This document shows positions 44,001 to 60,006 of a DNA stretch of 64,000 nt, one piece after another. Every line of letters begins with the position of its first letter. Position 1 is the first letter of the stretch. The position numbers were made by a program, and so were the translations under genes. The stretch lies in NCBI RefSeq assembly GCF_009914755.1, contig NC_060932.1; one strand, given 5' to 3'. This DNA comes from the human T2T-CHM13v2.0 reference genome, Homo sapiens. The notes below the pieces were generated by a model. That model did no database searches, was not told the origin of the DNA, and saw only the letters and a list, made by a program, of their open reading frames with translations.

Positions 44001-45725
44001 TTGCATTAATGTTCATCAGGAATATTGGCCTGTAGTTTCTTTATTTTTAAAAAATTTTATTTATTTATTTTTTTGGCTGTGTCCTAGTCTTGTTTTGCTG
44101 TGTGGGTAATGCTGACCTTATAGAATGAGTTTGTAAGTATTCCCTTTTCTTTTTCTTCTTCTTATTCTTCATTCTTTTTGGAAGGATTTCATAAGAGTTT
44201 ATATTAGTTAGTTCCTTAAATTTTTGTTAGAATACAGCAGTGAAGCTGTAATGTCCTGGGCTTTTGTTTGATGGAGGACTTTTTATTATGGCTTTGATTT
44301 TGTTACTCATTATTTGTTTGTTGAGATTTTCTATTTCTTCATGGTTCTATCTTGGTAGGTTATATGTGTCCAGGAATTTATCCATTTTTTTCTAGGTTTC
44401 TGAATTTGTCGTTGTATAGTTGTTTGTAATTCTCTCTAATGATTCTCTGTATCTCTGTGATCTCAGTTGTTATGTCTCCTTTTTCATTTCTTATTTAATT
44501 TTGGTCTTCTCTCTTGTTTTTAAATTAATCCAGCTGAAGGTTTCTCTACTTTGTTTATCTTTTCAAAAAACCACCATTTCACTTTGTTGATCTTGTATAT
44601 ATTTTTTTTCAGTCTCAATTTCATTTATTTCTACTCTGATCTTTGTTATTTCCTTTCTTGCTTGCTTTTCTAGTTCCTCCATGTGCATCATTAGGTTCTT
44701 TATTTGAAGTTTTTCAACTTTTTGAAACACGTATTTACTTCTATGAACTTATCTCTTAATACTGCTTTTTCTGTATCCCACAGATGTTAATATGTTGCAT
44801 GTCAATTTTCATTTGTTTCAAGGAATTTTTAAATTTTCTTCTTAAGTTATTCATTGACCTATTGGTCATTCAGGAGAATGTTGTTTAACTTCTGTGGGTT
44901 TGTGTAATTTTCGAGGTTCCTCTTGTTAGAATGGCTTTTATAAAAAAAATTCAGAGAATAACAGATGCTGTTGAGGATGTGGAGAAAGAAAAACCCTTGT
45001 ACACTGTTGATGAGAATGTAAATTAGTGTAGCCACTATGGAAAACAGTATAGAGGTTCCTCAGATAACTAGAAATAAAACTAACATATGCTCCCGCAATT
45101 CTACTATTGGGTATTTACCTAAAAGAAAATAAATTAATATATCAAAGGGATATCCACACTCCTCTGCTTATTGCAGCAATATTCACAGTAGCCCAGATAC
45201 AGAAGCAACCTAAGTGTCCATCAATGGATGAATGAATAAAGAAAATGTGGTATATATACACAATGGAATGTTAATCAGCCATAAAAAAATAAAATCATGT
45301 CAACTGCAACAATGTGGTTGGAAATGGAGGTGATTGTGTAACGTAAAGTAATCCAAGAACAGAAAGACAGGTATCACATGTGGGAGCTGAAAGAGTGACT
45401 CTCATAAAGATAAAATGTAGGCTGGTGGTTATCAGAGGCCAAGAAGGGTGGGGGTGATGTGTGGTGAAGAGAGGTTGATTAATGGGTACAAATACACACT
45501 TAGAAGAAATAAGACCTGGTGTTTGATCAGTAGGATGATTATAGTTAACATTAATAGATTGCACATTTCAAAATAGTTAGCGGGGAATAATTAGAATGAT
45601 TCTAGATAAAAAATAAATATTTAAAGTGATGGACATCCCAGTTACTCTGATTTGATTATATAAATGTATGAAATCATCACATGTATCTAAAAAATATGTA
45701 CATCTAATATGTATCAATAAATAAA
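44001..45725 (+). mobile_element. L1MA-type element with an inverted 5' segment (minus ~44001-44925, plus 3' end ~44926-45725)
   Basis: Minus-strand mid-ORF2 sequence joined at ~44926 to a plus-strand ORF2 end and L1MA 3'UTR ending TATGTATCAATAAATAAAT. Confidence 0.72.
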
Positions 45726-47129
45726 TGCCACATTGAAAAATTTTAAATTATTTTCACATTGAAGTTAGGCTGACACAGTTATTTCAATTTATATCTCAGC
45801 TTATTCAACTGAATCTTCTTTATAAGACTATATTAAATTCAGAGTAAATGAAAATGTGAGCAATTGAATTTAGTGTTATGTGGGAGAAATGTTTTCTTTT
45901 GAATAAGACAGGAGCAATGTTTCTAGTTTATTACAAGAAAAAGTCTGTGATATTAAGCTCCCAAAATGTATCATCTTTTATACAAAATTCAGATCATATC
46001 AGAGCAGTCAATTTATACATGGATAAAGCATATAACAAATGAATGATGGTAATCCATTAAGCCAAAGGGTTTTATAACTTCAATAGCTAGTGAACATGTG
46101 GTGAGCAGTTGTGTATGAATACATATAAAGTATGCATTTAAATGTACACTCCATTAAGTTTTTAATAAACCTTATGTGCTAACTTTAAAAAATTTATGAT
46201 TATTTAAATTAGTCACTAACAACTTCTTTAATTAACACTAAATTTCACATTATAACACAGAAATATTTTTAGTTCTTCATGCTCGCTCTTCCGAAAATTG
46301 TTAATATGCTTATAGTTATATTTTTTACAGTGTAACATCCAAGTATGGAGGGTCAATTCTACCAAATGATATGCTGAAATAATTATTTCCAGTGACTGAA
46401 TGATGTTACCCTTATATATCAGACAGATCAATTTCCCCTAATAATAGGAAAATTTTAAAATTTCAAATAATAGTAGTACTGTAGTAGTGATTATATAACA
46501 GTAGTACAGTAATGGCAATACAGAGAACCAATAATGTTTAGAAAATTATGAAATATAGCTCAAATTATTTTATTAATTGGTTTAATTTTTAAAATATATA
46601 TCTGGTTAAATTAAATATTCAATAATTCCTACTGAAATTCATGAAAATGCTGAATCATGATGGGTGACTGTTGGAATTTAGTTAATAACTAACTGGGCAC
46701 ATAGGAAGAAGAAACGTTCTGCCTCTTTACGATTAAGTAAGAAGAAGCCCAAATCTACCTGAACAGAAAAGGGAGACTGTTGTTCCAGTCAATGCTGAAG
46801 GTTTTGTTTCTCTGAAACAAATTCAAAATAACAACAAACCAATGCAAATAGGAGTACTTGAGATCCACTTGAGATTCAATTCATGGTTATCAGCCAAACT
46901 GTGCTCTTGGACTAATAGGATGCAGCCTGAGCTGTTCAGGAGACTTTATGTTGTGAGTAATGTGACACTTATCCTAGTAACTTGTTTACTCTAAGTTCTC
47001 CAGTTACTTTATCATGAATATCGGTATTCTTTGCTGATCTACTCCTTTTCTTGCACTCTTATCTTTTTATAAAGTAGTAAGTGTATAGCTCTTTAAAAGA
47101 TTTTTGAAATAATTTAATTGACAAATAAG

Positions 47130-49379
<2,250 letters not shown>

Positions 49380-50419
49380 AAATAAATTTTAAAAATGATA
49401 CACACATATGACAAATATAACCCTCACAGTAGGAATCAATGGTAACTTCATTACTCTCATTACTATCTAATACGTATATATAGTATAGGCATTGGAGAGT
49501 CTTTGTTACTAATACATTGATATTAGTTGGCTTGCTTATCACCTACAATTAATGTCTTCCTATCTATATGTAGAAATTATTTTTCCTTGGATGTTACCAA
49601 TGCCTTCCTTTTATTAAGATGCTGTCATCTTGATCCTTCTTTCAGTTTTTATTTTATTTAAGGGAAAAAATATCAAAATGAGATTCAGGCTCTTCAGGAC
49701 ATTTTTTCCTATTACAAGCAATAATTTATGTAGAAATTTTTGGTTTACTTTACCAGAATCTCCACCGTTATGAGAAAAGGCTTGGATGCCATGGTCTGGT
49801 TGCTTGTTCTGAATAATTTTGTTACTCACTTCATAATGCGTTGATAAGGGCAAGCAAGAAAAAACAGTCCAAACAACAGAAATGGAGAAACGGAAGTAGG
49901 TCTTGTTTAAAAGAAGCTCAGTTGCTTCAATCTATTGAATGTCAGTCTGCTTTATACCATGGTGAAGTAGCTTGCCTCAGAGCAGTCCCCTTGCTGAGAA
50001 CAACTATAAAAGCTGAATAACACCAAATTAATAACAGTTTGAAGGTTTTGAAGAGCAATCAAGGGAACCAAGATTAGAGTGGCTATAATTCAAGAAAGAA
50101 GGGAAATACATTATTTCGAGCCAGACATGTCCTGCTGCTTTTCCTTAGAGACATCCAACAACTTGCAAGCATCATAAGGATAAACAAATGAGCAGAAATA
50201 GTGAATAGAACTTACAGGAAACTTAGAATGCCAGAGCACCATGAATCTGAGTTTAGTCTACCAGGCAGTCAGGCCTTGAGGGGCCAAGATACTGAGAAAA
50301 GGGAACCAGAGAAAATGGAGCTTGAATAATTTTTTTTTTTGAAATATACATCTGGTTGAATTAACTATTCAATAGTTCCTTCTTACATTTATGAAAGTGC
50401 TGAATCATCATGGGTCATT

Positions 50420-50858
50420 TATATATATATATACACATATTCATATATGTATATGTATAGATTTATTATAAGGAATTAGCTCAGGTAATTATGGAGGCTG
50501 GCAAGTCCAAAATCTGCAGAGGTGATGTCCAAGTTTGAGTATGATGGCTGAAAACTGCTATAGAGCCATAAAGAGCTAATGTACCTGTTCTCAAGCTGTC
50601 AAGGAGGATAATTCTGTCTTATTCAGGGGAAGGTCAGCCTTTTATGCTATACAGGCCTTTAACTTTTTGGATAAGACCCACCCACAGTATGGAGGGCAAT
50701 CTGATTTACTCAGTCTATGTATCTAAATGTTAATCTTTACCAATTTAAATCAGAACTCATCCAAAGACATCTCCAGAGAAACACACAGAAAAATGTTTGA
50801 CCAAATATTTGGACACTCCGTGATCCAGTCAAATTGACACATAAAATGAACCATCATA
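50420..50858 (-). mobile_element. MLT2 (ERVL) LTR, truncated at a TA-rich tract
   Basis: GATTTATTATAAGGAATTAGCTC...GGAGGCTGGCAAGTCCAAAATCTGCAG...CCAGTCAAATTGACACATAAAATGAACCATCA. Confidence 0.82.
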
Positions 50859-51149
50859 GAATTTGAGTAATATGTAGCTACAAATTTAAGAAGTAGAACT
50901 TTCGCCAGTCTCATTTATTTTATAGACAGAAATTAGGAGTCCTGGGTCTGTCAAGTATAAGAGGCCCTGAAAAATATGTCAGTCTATCAGTTGAAACCCA
51001 GAACCAAAACACTGTCCTAAAGACTGAAAACCAGTCTCAAAATACCTCAATTATTGATTGGGGCCATTTAGTCTGCTCCTATACTAATTGACTGTGAGAA
51101 AAATAAAGTACCTCAGAGAAAGATGACATATCTAGAACAATCAATGGTT

Positions 51150-53030
51150 TTCATACACAACATCCAGCATTGACTAAAAAGTTACCAGGAATGTCAAAAC
51201 ACAAGACAACATTTTTTATAAACAATAAAAAATCAGTAGAAACAAACACACAGGTAATTTAGATATTGGAGTTATTAGTTCACAATAATAATAATATTTC
51301 CAAGATCATATCTGACAATGAAAGAAACTAGAATTGTAAACAATAAATAAGAAAATGGAAGCTTCATAACTTAAAAATGTAAAATGAAATTAATAACTCA
51401 ATAGATGTAGTTATTAGCAGATTAGACACTGAAGAAGAGAGTTACTAAACTGGAAAGTTGATTAGTAGAACATGTCATAAGTAAATATGAAGAAGAAAAA
51501 AGATGAATGATAGAAAAGAACATAACTTAGATATGAGAAATGAAAAATTCTGATAAGTATGCAATTAAAAGCCCAACACAAGGATAAATAAGAAATATAG
51601 TAGAAACAATATTTAGTCCTGCCTGAAGCAGTACTGATTGAAATTTTTTTCTGACTGTGGAAAGACATCTAATAACAGATTTAAGTTGCTGTATGAATTA
51701 CAAGTGAAACAGCCACAACTAGACACATTAAAATTAAACTAATGTAAATCAAAGGTAGTTAAAAGTCAAAGTAGACAAAAAAGAAACACACTCCAAGGTA
51801 AATTTTAATGAACTCGTAACAAATAATGAATGCCAGAGAACAATAACATATATTTTTAAAGCATTCAGGAAAAAAAGTAACTTCTGACCTAGACTTTTAT
51901 AACCAGTAAAACCATCTTTTTGAATGAAGGCAAAATAACATTGTATTCAGACAAAGAGTAAAGAAAGATCTCATTGCAAGCAAAGTTACAGTAAAAGGGA
52001 TGACAAGGAGACAAACTTTGGCAGAAACAAAGTTATCCAGAATTCAAGTACAGAAAAGTAGAAAGAACTGAAGAACAAAGAAACTTCTTGGTGAATATGT
52101 GGATAAATCTAAATATTAGCTGACTGTATAAATCAATATTATTCCTTGTGAAGTTCCTACATGTATATAGAAATAAAATACATCAGAAGAAGCAAAAACA
52201 GCAATAGAATAGTGTAAAAAAATTTTTCAATCCTTGCCTTTCTGAGAAGTGGAAAAGGTAATATAGCACTTCCTTCTTATCTGTGGTTTCACTTTCCAGT
52301 TTCAGTAACCTGAGGTCAACTTTGGTCTGAAAATTCCATTATTATGTTTAAATTTTTTTCTAAATTTATAATTTTTCTATTTAATTAATAGTTATTTTTG
52401 TTAATCTTTTATTGTGCCTAATTTATAAAGTAAACTTTATCATAGATACATATGTAAAGAAAAAAACACATATAGGATTCAGTATTATCTGCAATTTCTG
52501 CATGCAAAAACAGTCTGGAATGTATCTTCCATGCATAATGAGGGACACTGTAATTTAGGGTACACTTTAGTAAGACAAGGATGCATTGGTAATAACTAGA
52601 CTAATCAACAAAATGATAATAAAAGAATATATAAGTTAAAAGAGAACAAAATATAGAAAAATATTTGATTAGCTCAAAATTTAGCAATAAGTAGGAAATG
52701 ACACAAAGAAATAGAAAAATAGCAAATATTAAGATGGCAGATTTAAAAGCAAATATACATTAAACGTAAACAGACTAAATACTTTCATTAAAAAAGATTG
52801 TCATATTGCCTAAAGCAATACCCTGTATGATTACCCACCTTATTAGAAGGATACAGAAAGTTGCAAAGTAAAATAACAGATAAACCAGATTATACTAGCC
52901 AGAAGGCCAAAGTAGCTGTACTGTAGTAGGCAAAGTAGATTTTATTGCAAGAGCATCATTAAAAATAAAGATATTTCATAATGAGTATGAAATGTATAAG
53001 CACTAAAAATTATTACCTCAAAATATACAA
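51150..53030 (+). mobile_element. Degraded ancient L1M (ORF1 to start of ORF2)
   Basis: A-rich sequence with ORF1-like motifs (AATAACTCAATAGATG...AGCAGATTAGACACTGAAGAAGAG...AAACTGGAA) and an endonuclease-start-like ACATTAAACGTAAACAGACTAAATACT. Confidence 0.6.
52264..52549 (+). mobile_element. MER44A-like (Tigger-derived) MITE
   Basis: TAGCACTTCCTTCTTATCTGTGGTTTCACTTTCC...GGTCAAC...TGTGCCTAATTTATAAA...CATAATGAGGGACACTG, with TA on both sides. Confidence 0.75.
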
Positions 53031-54898
53031 GTAAATATGCTTATGTTTTATATCGAGATTATATATTTTTATATATATGTATAAATATAACTAAATCTGT
53101 GTAATGAAACCACAGATAAAAAGGAAATGCTTTATATTACCTTTTCCACTTCTCAGAAAGGCAAGGATTGAAAAATAATATATTTATATATGTATGAGGG
53201 ACATAATAGGAAGCCATGCTTAGCCATGCTTAGCCAACTTTTAAAGAGAAATTTATTGGCTACATTTACAAACTGATTTGATTTGTAGGTTTTACTTAGA
53301 AAGTGCATATTCATATTATCCTGAAAGATATTTTTTTTCTATAATTGAAAAGGTGATCCTCTTTGATTCAGCATATAGGTTTGGAATAAATTTATCCAGA
53401 AAATTTCTATTTAAGCATACAGACCCATCCCTCAGACAATGGAATGCGTTAGGTCCCCATCAGATTCTCACATTCAGTTAGTTCCAAATTTACCTTCCAG
53501 ATATCAGTGTATAGTCCCACATTCTCCCGAAGCATGTGAAATATTATAAAATGCAATGTCTTTCTAATCTTTTCTTATCATGGTTTGGTTTTGAGAATGC
53601 ACTTTTTATAAAGGCCATTGGAGTCTAAATCTTTGGAGAAAAATATTTTTTTTCAATCTGGAGCAGTGCTTATTACTCTTCTTTGGAGACTTAGACAACT
53701 TTGAGAATATAATTAAAGCTAATAGAAATTCATTCAAGAAAAATAGATGTACAAATAATCACAAACTATGGAATAATATATTAGAAGTTCAAGAAGTTCA
53801 TCTATTGACGAGATTATGAGTGCCTGATCTTTGTGTTTTTTTTGGTCCATTTCATCAGCCCCTTAGAAAAGAAAAAACATGTTGTGCAAAGTTTAGAGCA
53901 AGCTACTATTTAAAAATAGTAGCTCTAATTTTACTTATGGATCTTATTTAATGTGTAAATGCCTGGAGGCTAAAAGCAATGGAAAAAATAAGGACAAAAA
54001 TTATACCTATGAAATACTTCTGTTTTTCAGGAAATTGTATTTTTATAAAATGCAGTTTAGAACAAATCTCAACATTATGACTTTATCCAAAAGAAAGATT
54101 TATAGATTTACCAATTCTTATTCAGAGGGAGATTGTTCGGGTTATGTATTATTATAGAAGTTGAAAAAAAGCATGAGAATACATCATTTCTCAATAAACT
54201 TAGTTATCAATTTATTTTTCAGTAAAATAACATGAGAATTTACAAGTATGAGAAACTGTTCCATCTGTGCAACTCTACCAACTATCCCCACCAGAAGAGG
54301 ATTATCTATGTAGCCTTAATAGATGATATTTTCAAAAAAATTGAGAGAGACTGAGCTATAAAGTAAATAGCTTTATAGTGTTGTCTCATTTAAGAACTGC
54401 TATATTTATTAAAAATTCAGAAAATACAGAATATAAAGTAGACCATGATTATTACCTGCAGTTTTCGGATATAACAACTGTAATCATCTGCTGTATATCA
54501 TTTAGATATTTTATGTATATTTTTAAAGGTATCAAAACAACACATGTATGGAAGATAACTCAGCATTCTGTTTCAAAGTCACATTTTAAATTTCTTTAAT
54601 AAGTGTCTAAAATTTACAAATGTAATACATACTTTTTATGGCCATTGAAACAAATACAAGGAGGTTGGAGGAAATTTTAATAAATATTCTGCCAGTTTAG
54701 CTCCATCACTATCCCCTGAACATATGAACCATATCAGCCTGACATGTATGCTTGCACATCTTCCTCTGAATTGACGCTGGCATTTAAACAACTACATACA
54801 CATATGGATTACTGTTTTTCTAACTGTTCATTTTTTAAAAAACGATTTTTAATATACTATCTACTATTTGTTTTTTTAATCAGAATTCTTCTAGGCTA

Positions 54899-54900
<2 letters not shown>

Positions 54901-54930
<30 letters not shown>
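54901..54930. repeat. (AT)15 microsatellite
   Basis: Perfect AT run. Confidence 0.95.
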
Positions 54931-54933
<3 letters not shown>

Positions 54934-57900
54934 ACTAATTTTTACCAGTATATTAAAACTTAGACTTGGTTGAATTCCTTAAAATGTATTTATTTCTACA
55001 AGGTAGATTCTTAGGAGATGCGTTTCTGGGTAAGACACTGCATACATTTTTTAGTTTATTTTAATAGATATTGCCAGATAATTTCTCATTTTTAAAGGTT
55101 TTTACAGTTTCCAGAGTTATAAATGAAAGTTATCTCCCTAATCCTATAGGTTAGAGGACTTTAATATTTTCAATCTGGTGGATAAAAACCATGTGGTATT
55201 ATGACATTAATTACAATTTTCTGTCTCCTACTGAGATTGAGCAGGTTTCTTTTGTGTGTGAGTCATTTGGTTCATCTCTTCTGGAAATAATTTTTCTTCT
55301 AAAAATATTTTTGGTATTTTTCAATAACTATTTGTTTTGGTTATTTTCTTTTAGTCAAATTATAGATGTTTATTAGATATTTGAGGTATTATTCTTTACA
55401 TTTGCCATTTTTGTAGGAAATATCCCTCACTTCATCACTTTATTTTTTTGTCATTGTACTTTTTTTCAACTTGTATATAATTAAATTTGTAATTTGAAGG
55501 AAACCTATACAATATTTTTCTTTCCTAGCCCAAGAATATAAAGATTCTCAAATATTTTAATTCTAACTTTCTGCTTGTCTGTTCTGAGTGTTTGAAAGCA
55601 ATTTAAATCTCTCTTATTTTAAAAGAGTACCATATTAGTCATTCTAAAATTATTATATATCAATAATGCTATTTACATTTACCAATGTTTTTAGCTAATT
55701 ATTTGCCCTCCATTTTGGATTCAGTATTGTTCTAGCTGAAATTCATCTTTTAGTCATTTGTTTCTTATAATGTCTAAAATTATTATCTTGTTTCTTTACT
55801 CTTACTCTAAATTGCTATTTCAAGTAAATAAAGAATTCTGGGTTGAATGTTATTTTTCCTGAGCACTTTTAAGATAACCATATTTACAGAACAAAATGGA
55901 AAATTATAAATATTAATACTTTTAAAAATAATTCAACTAAAATAATTGGTGTGTAAGGCGTATTGGAAGTTTTATAATTTCCTAATTATTAATATTAGGG
56001 AGTCTGATGATATTTTTTAATTAATTGAGAAAGAAAGCCTTAATATTATTCAAAGTCATGGATGATTTTTGCTTTCATAATGGCTTATTAGGTAATTCCA
56101 ACTAACTCCCTAAAACAATAGATAAAGTGAAAAAATTAAATGGACAATATCTGCTTGAAATTATTGCTAGCTAATGAGATCGTAAATAGGAGATCTAGCA
56201 GAGGAGAAAGATTAGGAGAATATACCAAATCCTGAGCAGGAATATAAAAGCAAATGCATCTTTCAGTTTTGTGTGTTGCTTGGTTTGGACAACTCACTTC
56301 CCTCAGCCCTGGAAAACTTGCAGCCATTATCACTTATGTATCACCGTTTTCCCATTCTTTTCAGTTTCTTCTAGAATTTCTGTTAGATATATGCTAAATG
56401 GTCTCCATCTATCTTCTGTAGCTATTAGAACCCCCTTCTTATTTCCATTTCTTCTACATTTTATTCCAGAGTATTTTCTTGTATATTATCCATGTAATGA
56501 ATTCTTTTTAAAATTATCTTTAATCTACAAATTATTGTGACCATTATTTACAGAAGTTTTATTTTGTTCTTTTCCAAAATACTTCTTTTTGCTTCCATCA
56601 TGTCATGTTCTGATTTTTATAGTCTACACATTTTAAATATTTGTAGTTTCTTTTAGGTTGTTCAATTTTTTTCTCCTTCTTCATGGACTTCCCTTTATAG
56701 GGGTTTATTCATTTGTGTGGCTTGTAATTTTTTTTATTAAGATTTTGTCATCAGCAAGGATTGCTTTCTGTGGGAGTTCCTTTCTCTCTGAATTTATACA
56801 TAAGGTTAAGTTTGTATAATACCTTCCTGGATCCTAGGAGTTTTACTAGTTGTGTACCAGGCTTTTTATTGATTTTTCAGCTTTGGGTCTTCTACTATGC
56901 ATAAGTGTATGCTCTGTACTCATTCAAGTTGCAGACCTAGGTTCTTGATTTTCTAACAATTCTGTCCAGTTTCATGGCTAGATAGCCAGCTTCTATGTGG
57001 CTTTCGTAAAGTACTGGATGTAGTTCTTCCTGTCCCCACTTCACAACTGGGGCAATCCTCCAAGTTCCTAGACTTTAGGCAAGGAGGCGCAATTCCAGGC
57101 TCTCACCTTACATGGCTCTGAGTCCCATCTCCTGTTCCTACATGTACAACAAGCCTCAGAACTCAGTTCTTCAGGACCTTATTTGGGTTTGATAGGACTG
57201 TGGCTCACTTTGGCCTCAGCTGTGACTGTTTGACATTTTAAATTTCCTCTATATATTTGGACTTGCAGATTCGAGCTCAGTTATGCATTTAGCTAAAAAG
57301 AAAAATAGTCTATGGATTTGAAGTAGAAAAATGGAAGTTTTCCCATATCATCTTAGATAGGCATATCGACCTGATGTTTTCCCAAAGAAGCTCCTCAGCC
57401 TCTCATAAAAATACGCTCCTTATCCTTCACATGGCCTCCACTTTTTCCTGGGTAAATATAAATGTAGGTTCTCTGTGCAACTATATATAATATCATTATA
57501 ACCTAATAACTCATGACATGTATTCTAGTAGTAACATTTTTCCATGCCTAATATTTATCGTTTACATATTAAATTAAGCAATCATCCATAAATATTAATG
57601 GTTTATATACTGTTTAACATTTTATTCATTTTTGTTATTACTGAATACTACCAACATGTGATAATAAAACAAACAGAAGATCATATATATAAGTGTACAA
57701 TATTTCTTCATTCTTTCAACTACTATTTATTGAATGGCTGCTATAATCCAAGCACTCTAATAGGCACTTTAAATCACTGAATAAAACAGAAGATTTTTTA
57801 TGTTATTTTCTTCATGTCGGTGAAAAAGAATGGCCATTTCTCTTGCCTTGGGAAGTGACATCGAGCAGAAGTAGTAGGAGCCATCCATGCAGAGACAGTT

Positions 57901-58012
57901 TAGAACCCCCTCTTTCATAGAATGAAAGCTTGACCTACAATCCAATCCTTCACTGGCATTTTCATGTTGATGAGTGGTAATAAACATTAAATTGTCTCTG
58001 GTATTTTTACAG

Positions 58013-58150
58013 CTTAGCAAATGGAGTACCTTTGGGACTCTGGAAGTTATGCCTCAGAATGAATCGGAAACACAGATGTTCTCGGTGGTGACAGAAGACG
58101 ATTGTGAAATTCTTAAAATCCCAGCAAAGGGATATGCAAAGATAAAGGAG
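58013..58150 (+). CDS. CNBD1: CNBD1 internal coding exon (138 nt, phase 0 to 0): LSKWSTFGTLEVMPQNESETQMFSVVTEDDCEILKIPAKGYAKIKE
   Basis: Acceptor TTTTTACAG ending 58012 and donor GAG|GTAAGA at 58151. 46 open codons, in frame with both neighbouring exons, with a CNBD beta6-beta8 pattern. Confidence 0.93.
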
Positions 58151-58404
58151 GTAAGATGATATCTAATATTTTATATAAACAAAAATTGGGCATAAACTCA
58201 AGCTACATTTTGATTCTCTAGACAAAGACAGCTATATCTGTTTTATTTTTAAATTTTAATTTAACCTAGAGACCATAAAAATGTTATTTGACAAAAATCA
58301 CTTAAGAGTGCTGGTGATAGGTAGGTGAGGTGTAAACAAAGGTCTCAATGAATATATTTCAGGTAATTTTTAAATACCCTTTGGCTTTTCATTAATTTTA
58401 AACT

Positions 58405-58550
58405 CATTAATTTATTCATTCATTCACTCACTCATTCATTCAACAAATATGTGTTTTGCATGTCTGCAGCATGTCATATGCTAAGAATACTAGAATAATA
58501 AGACAGATAATAGTACTGCTGCTTTCCCAGTCTCTATAGTCTACTTTAAA
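58405..58550 (-). mobile_element. L2 3' end fragment
   Basis: TTCATTCATTCACTCACTCATTCATTCAACAAATATGTG is the antisense L2 tail. Confidence 0.65.
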
Positions 58551-58790
58551 AGGAAAAATACTTGAATATGATTGGCATGATATTTCATAATTACAACAGA
58601 TATCAAACTCAGAGCTGCATGAATAAGTGATAACAACTTATTCTGATTCCCTAATTCTGCGTTTTTAAGATAACTTCATTTACTTAAAGTTTAATAATTT
58701 ATTCTCTTCTAATCAAATCCAAATTTTTTCTTGACTCCTATTTTTCCTCCTTTGGATATCAGAGGAAGTTTGTATAAATAATGAGATTGA

Positions 58791-59264
<474 letters not shown>

Positions 59265-59873
59265 TCATCTTTTTTTGAATGAGCTTAAGCCAGGTGCAGG
59301 TCCTGCAGAAAGCTGGCATAAGCCATGGTTTAGTGCTCATGTGGAGTGGTGTTGAGAAGACATCCATCTTCTTGGGTCTCCAGTGGTGGGGAATTCTTGT
59401 GATTTAGTGGTCCCAGTGTCAGTAGTGCAGGTAATTCTCTCAGAATTCAACGTTATTCCAAATCCCTGATGTTTATTTGTTTTGATTTTCAGAGTGGCTA
59501 GCTTTAACAAAAAATTCTTTATGTTTTGTTTTTATTTCCCAAATATCAGTACCAGTTACTTGATTTTATCAAACACAACTTTTTAGTTTAATCTTGACTA
59601 TGACAGGGTTTTTAAAAACTTCTAAAACATTTATAGAAGTATAATAAATTATGAAAGGTGAGCAAATATAATTTTAGTAAGTAGATCTGAAGATTAACAT
59701 TTTAATATGTCTATGTGGCCATAGAGTGATGCTCAGATAAAATTCAAATGTATTCTATACTAACTTATATTCATATGGCCTTTATTTTACTTCTCTCACC
59801 ATTTATCTATTTGCTATTTCTTTGATTTTAAATTGCCTGTTATTAAAAATTTGATAATGACATTCTGTTTTAG

Positions 59874-60006
59874 GAAAAAATAAAACTTGAAAATATGCAA
59901 AAGTTGAAATTAATCCGTATGTGTCCTTATTATGAGGAATGGCCTACTTTATCCATATATGAGCTAATTGCACTCCTTAAATGGAAAAAATTTCCTCCAG
60001 GTCATG
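59874..60006 (+). CDS. CNBD1: CNBD1 internal coding exon (133 nt, phase 0 to 1): EKIKLENMQKLKLIRMCPYYEEWPTLSIYELIALLKWKKFPPGH
   Basis: Not in the ORF track because it is under 60 aa. Acceptor CTGTTTTAG ending 59873 and donor ATG|GTAAGT at 60007. It encodes the N-terminal helices and F-x-x-G start of a second CNBD. Confidence 0.92.
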
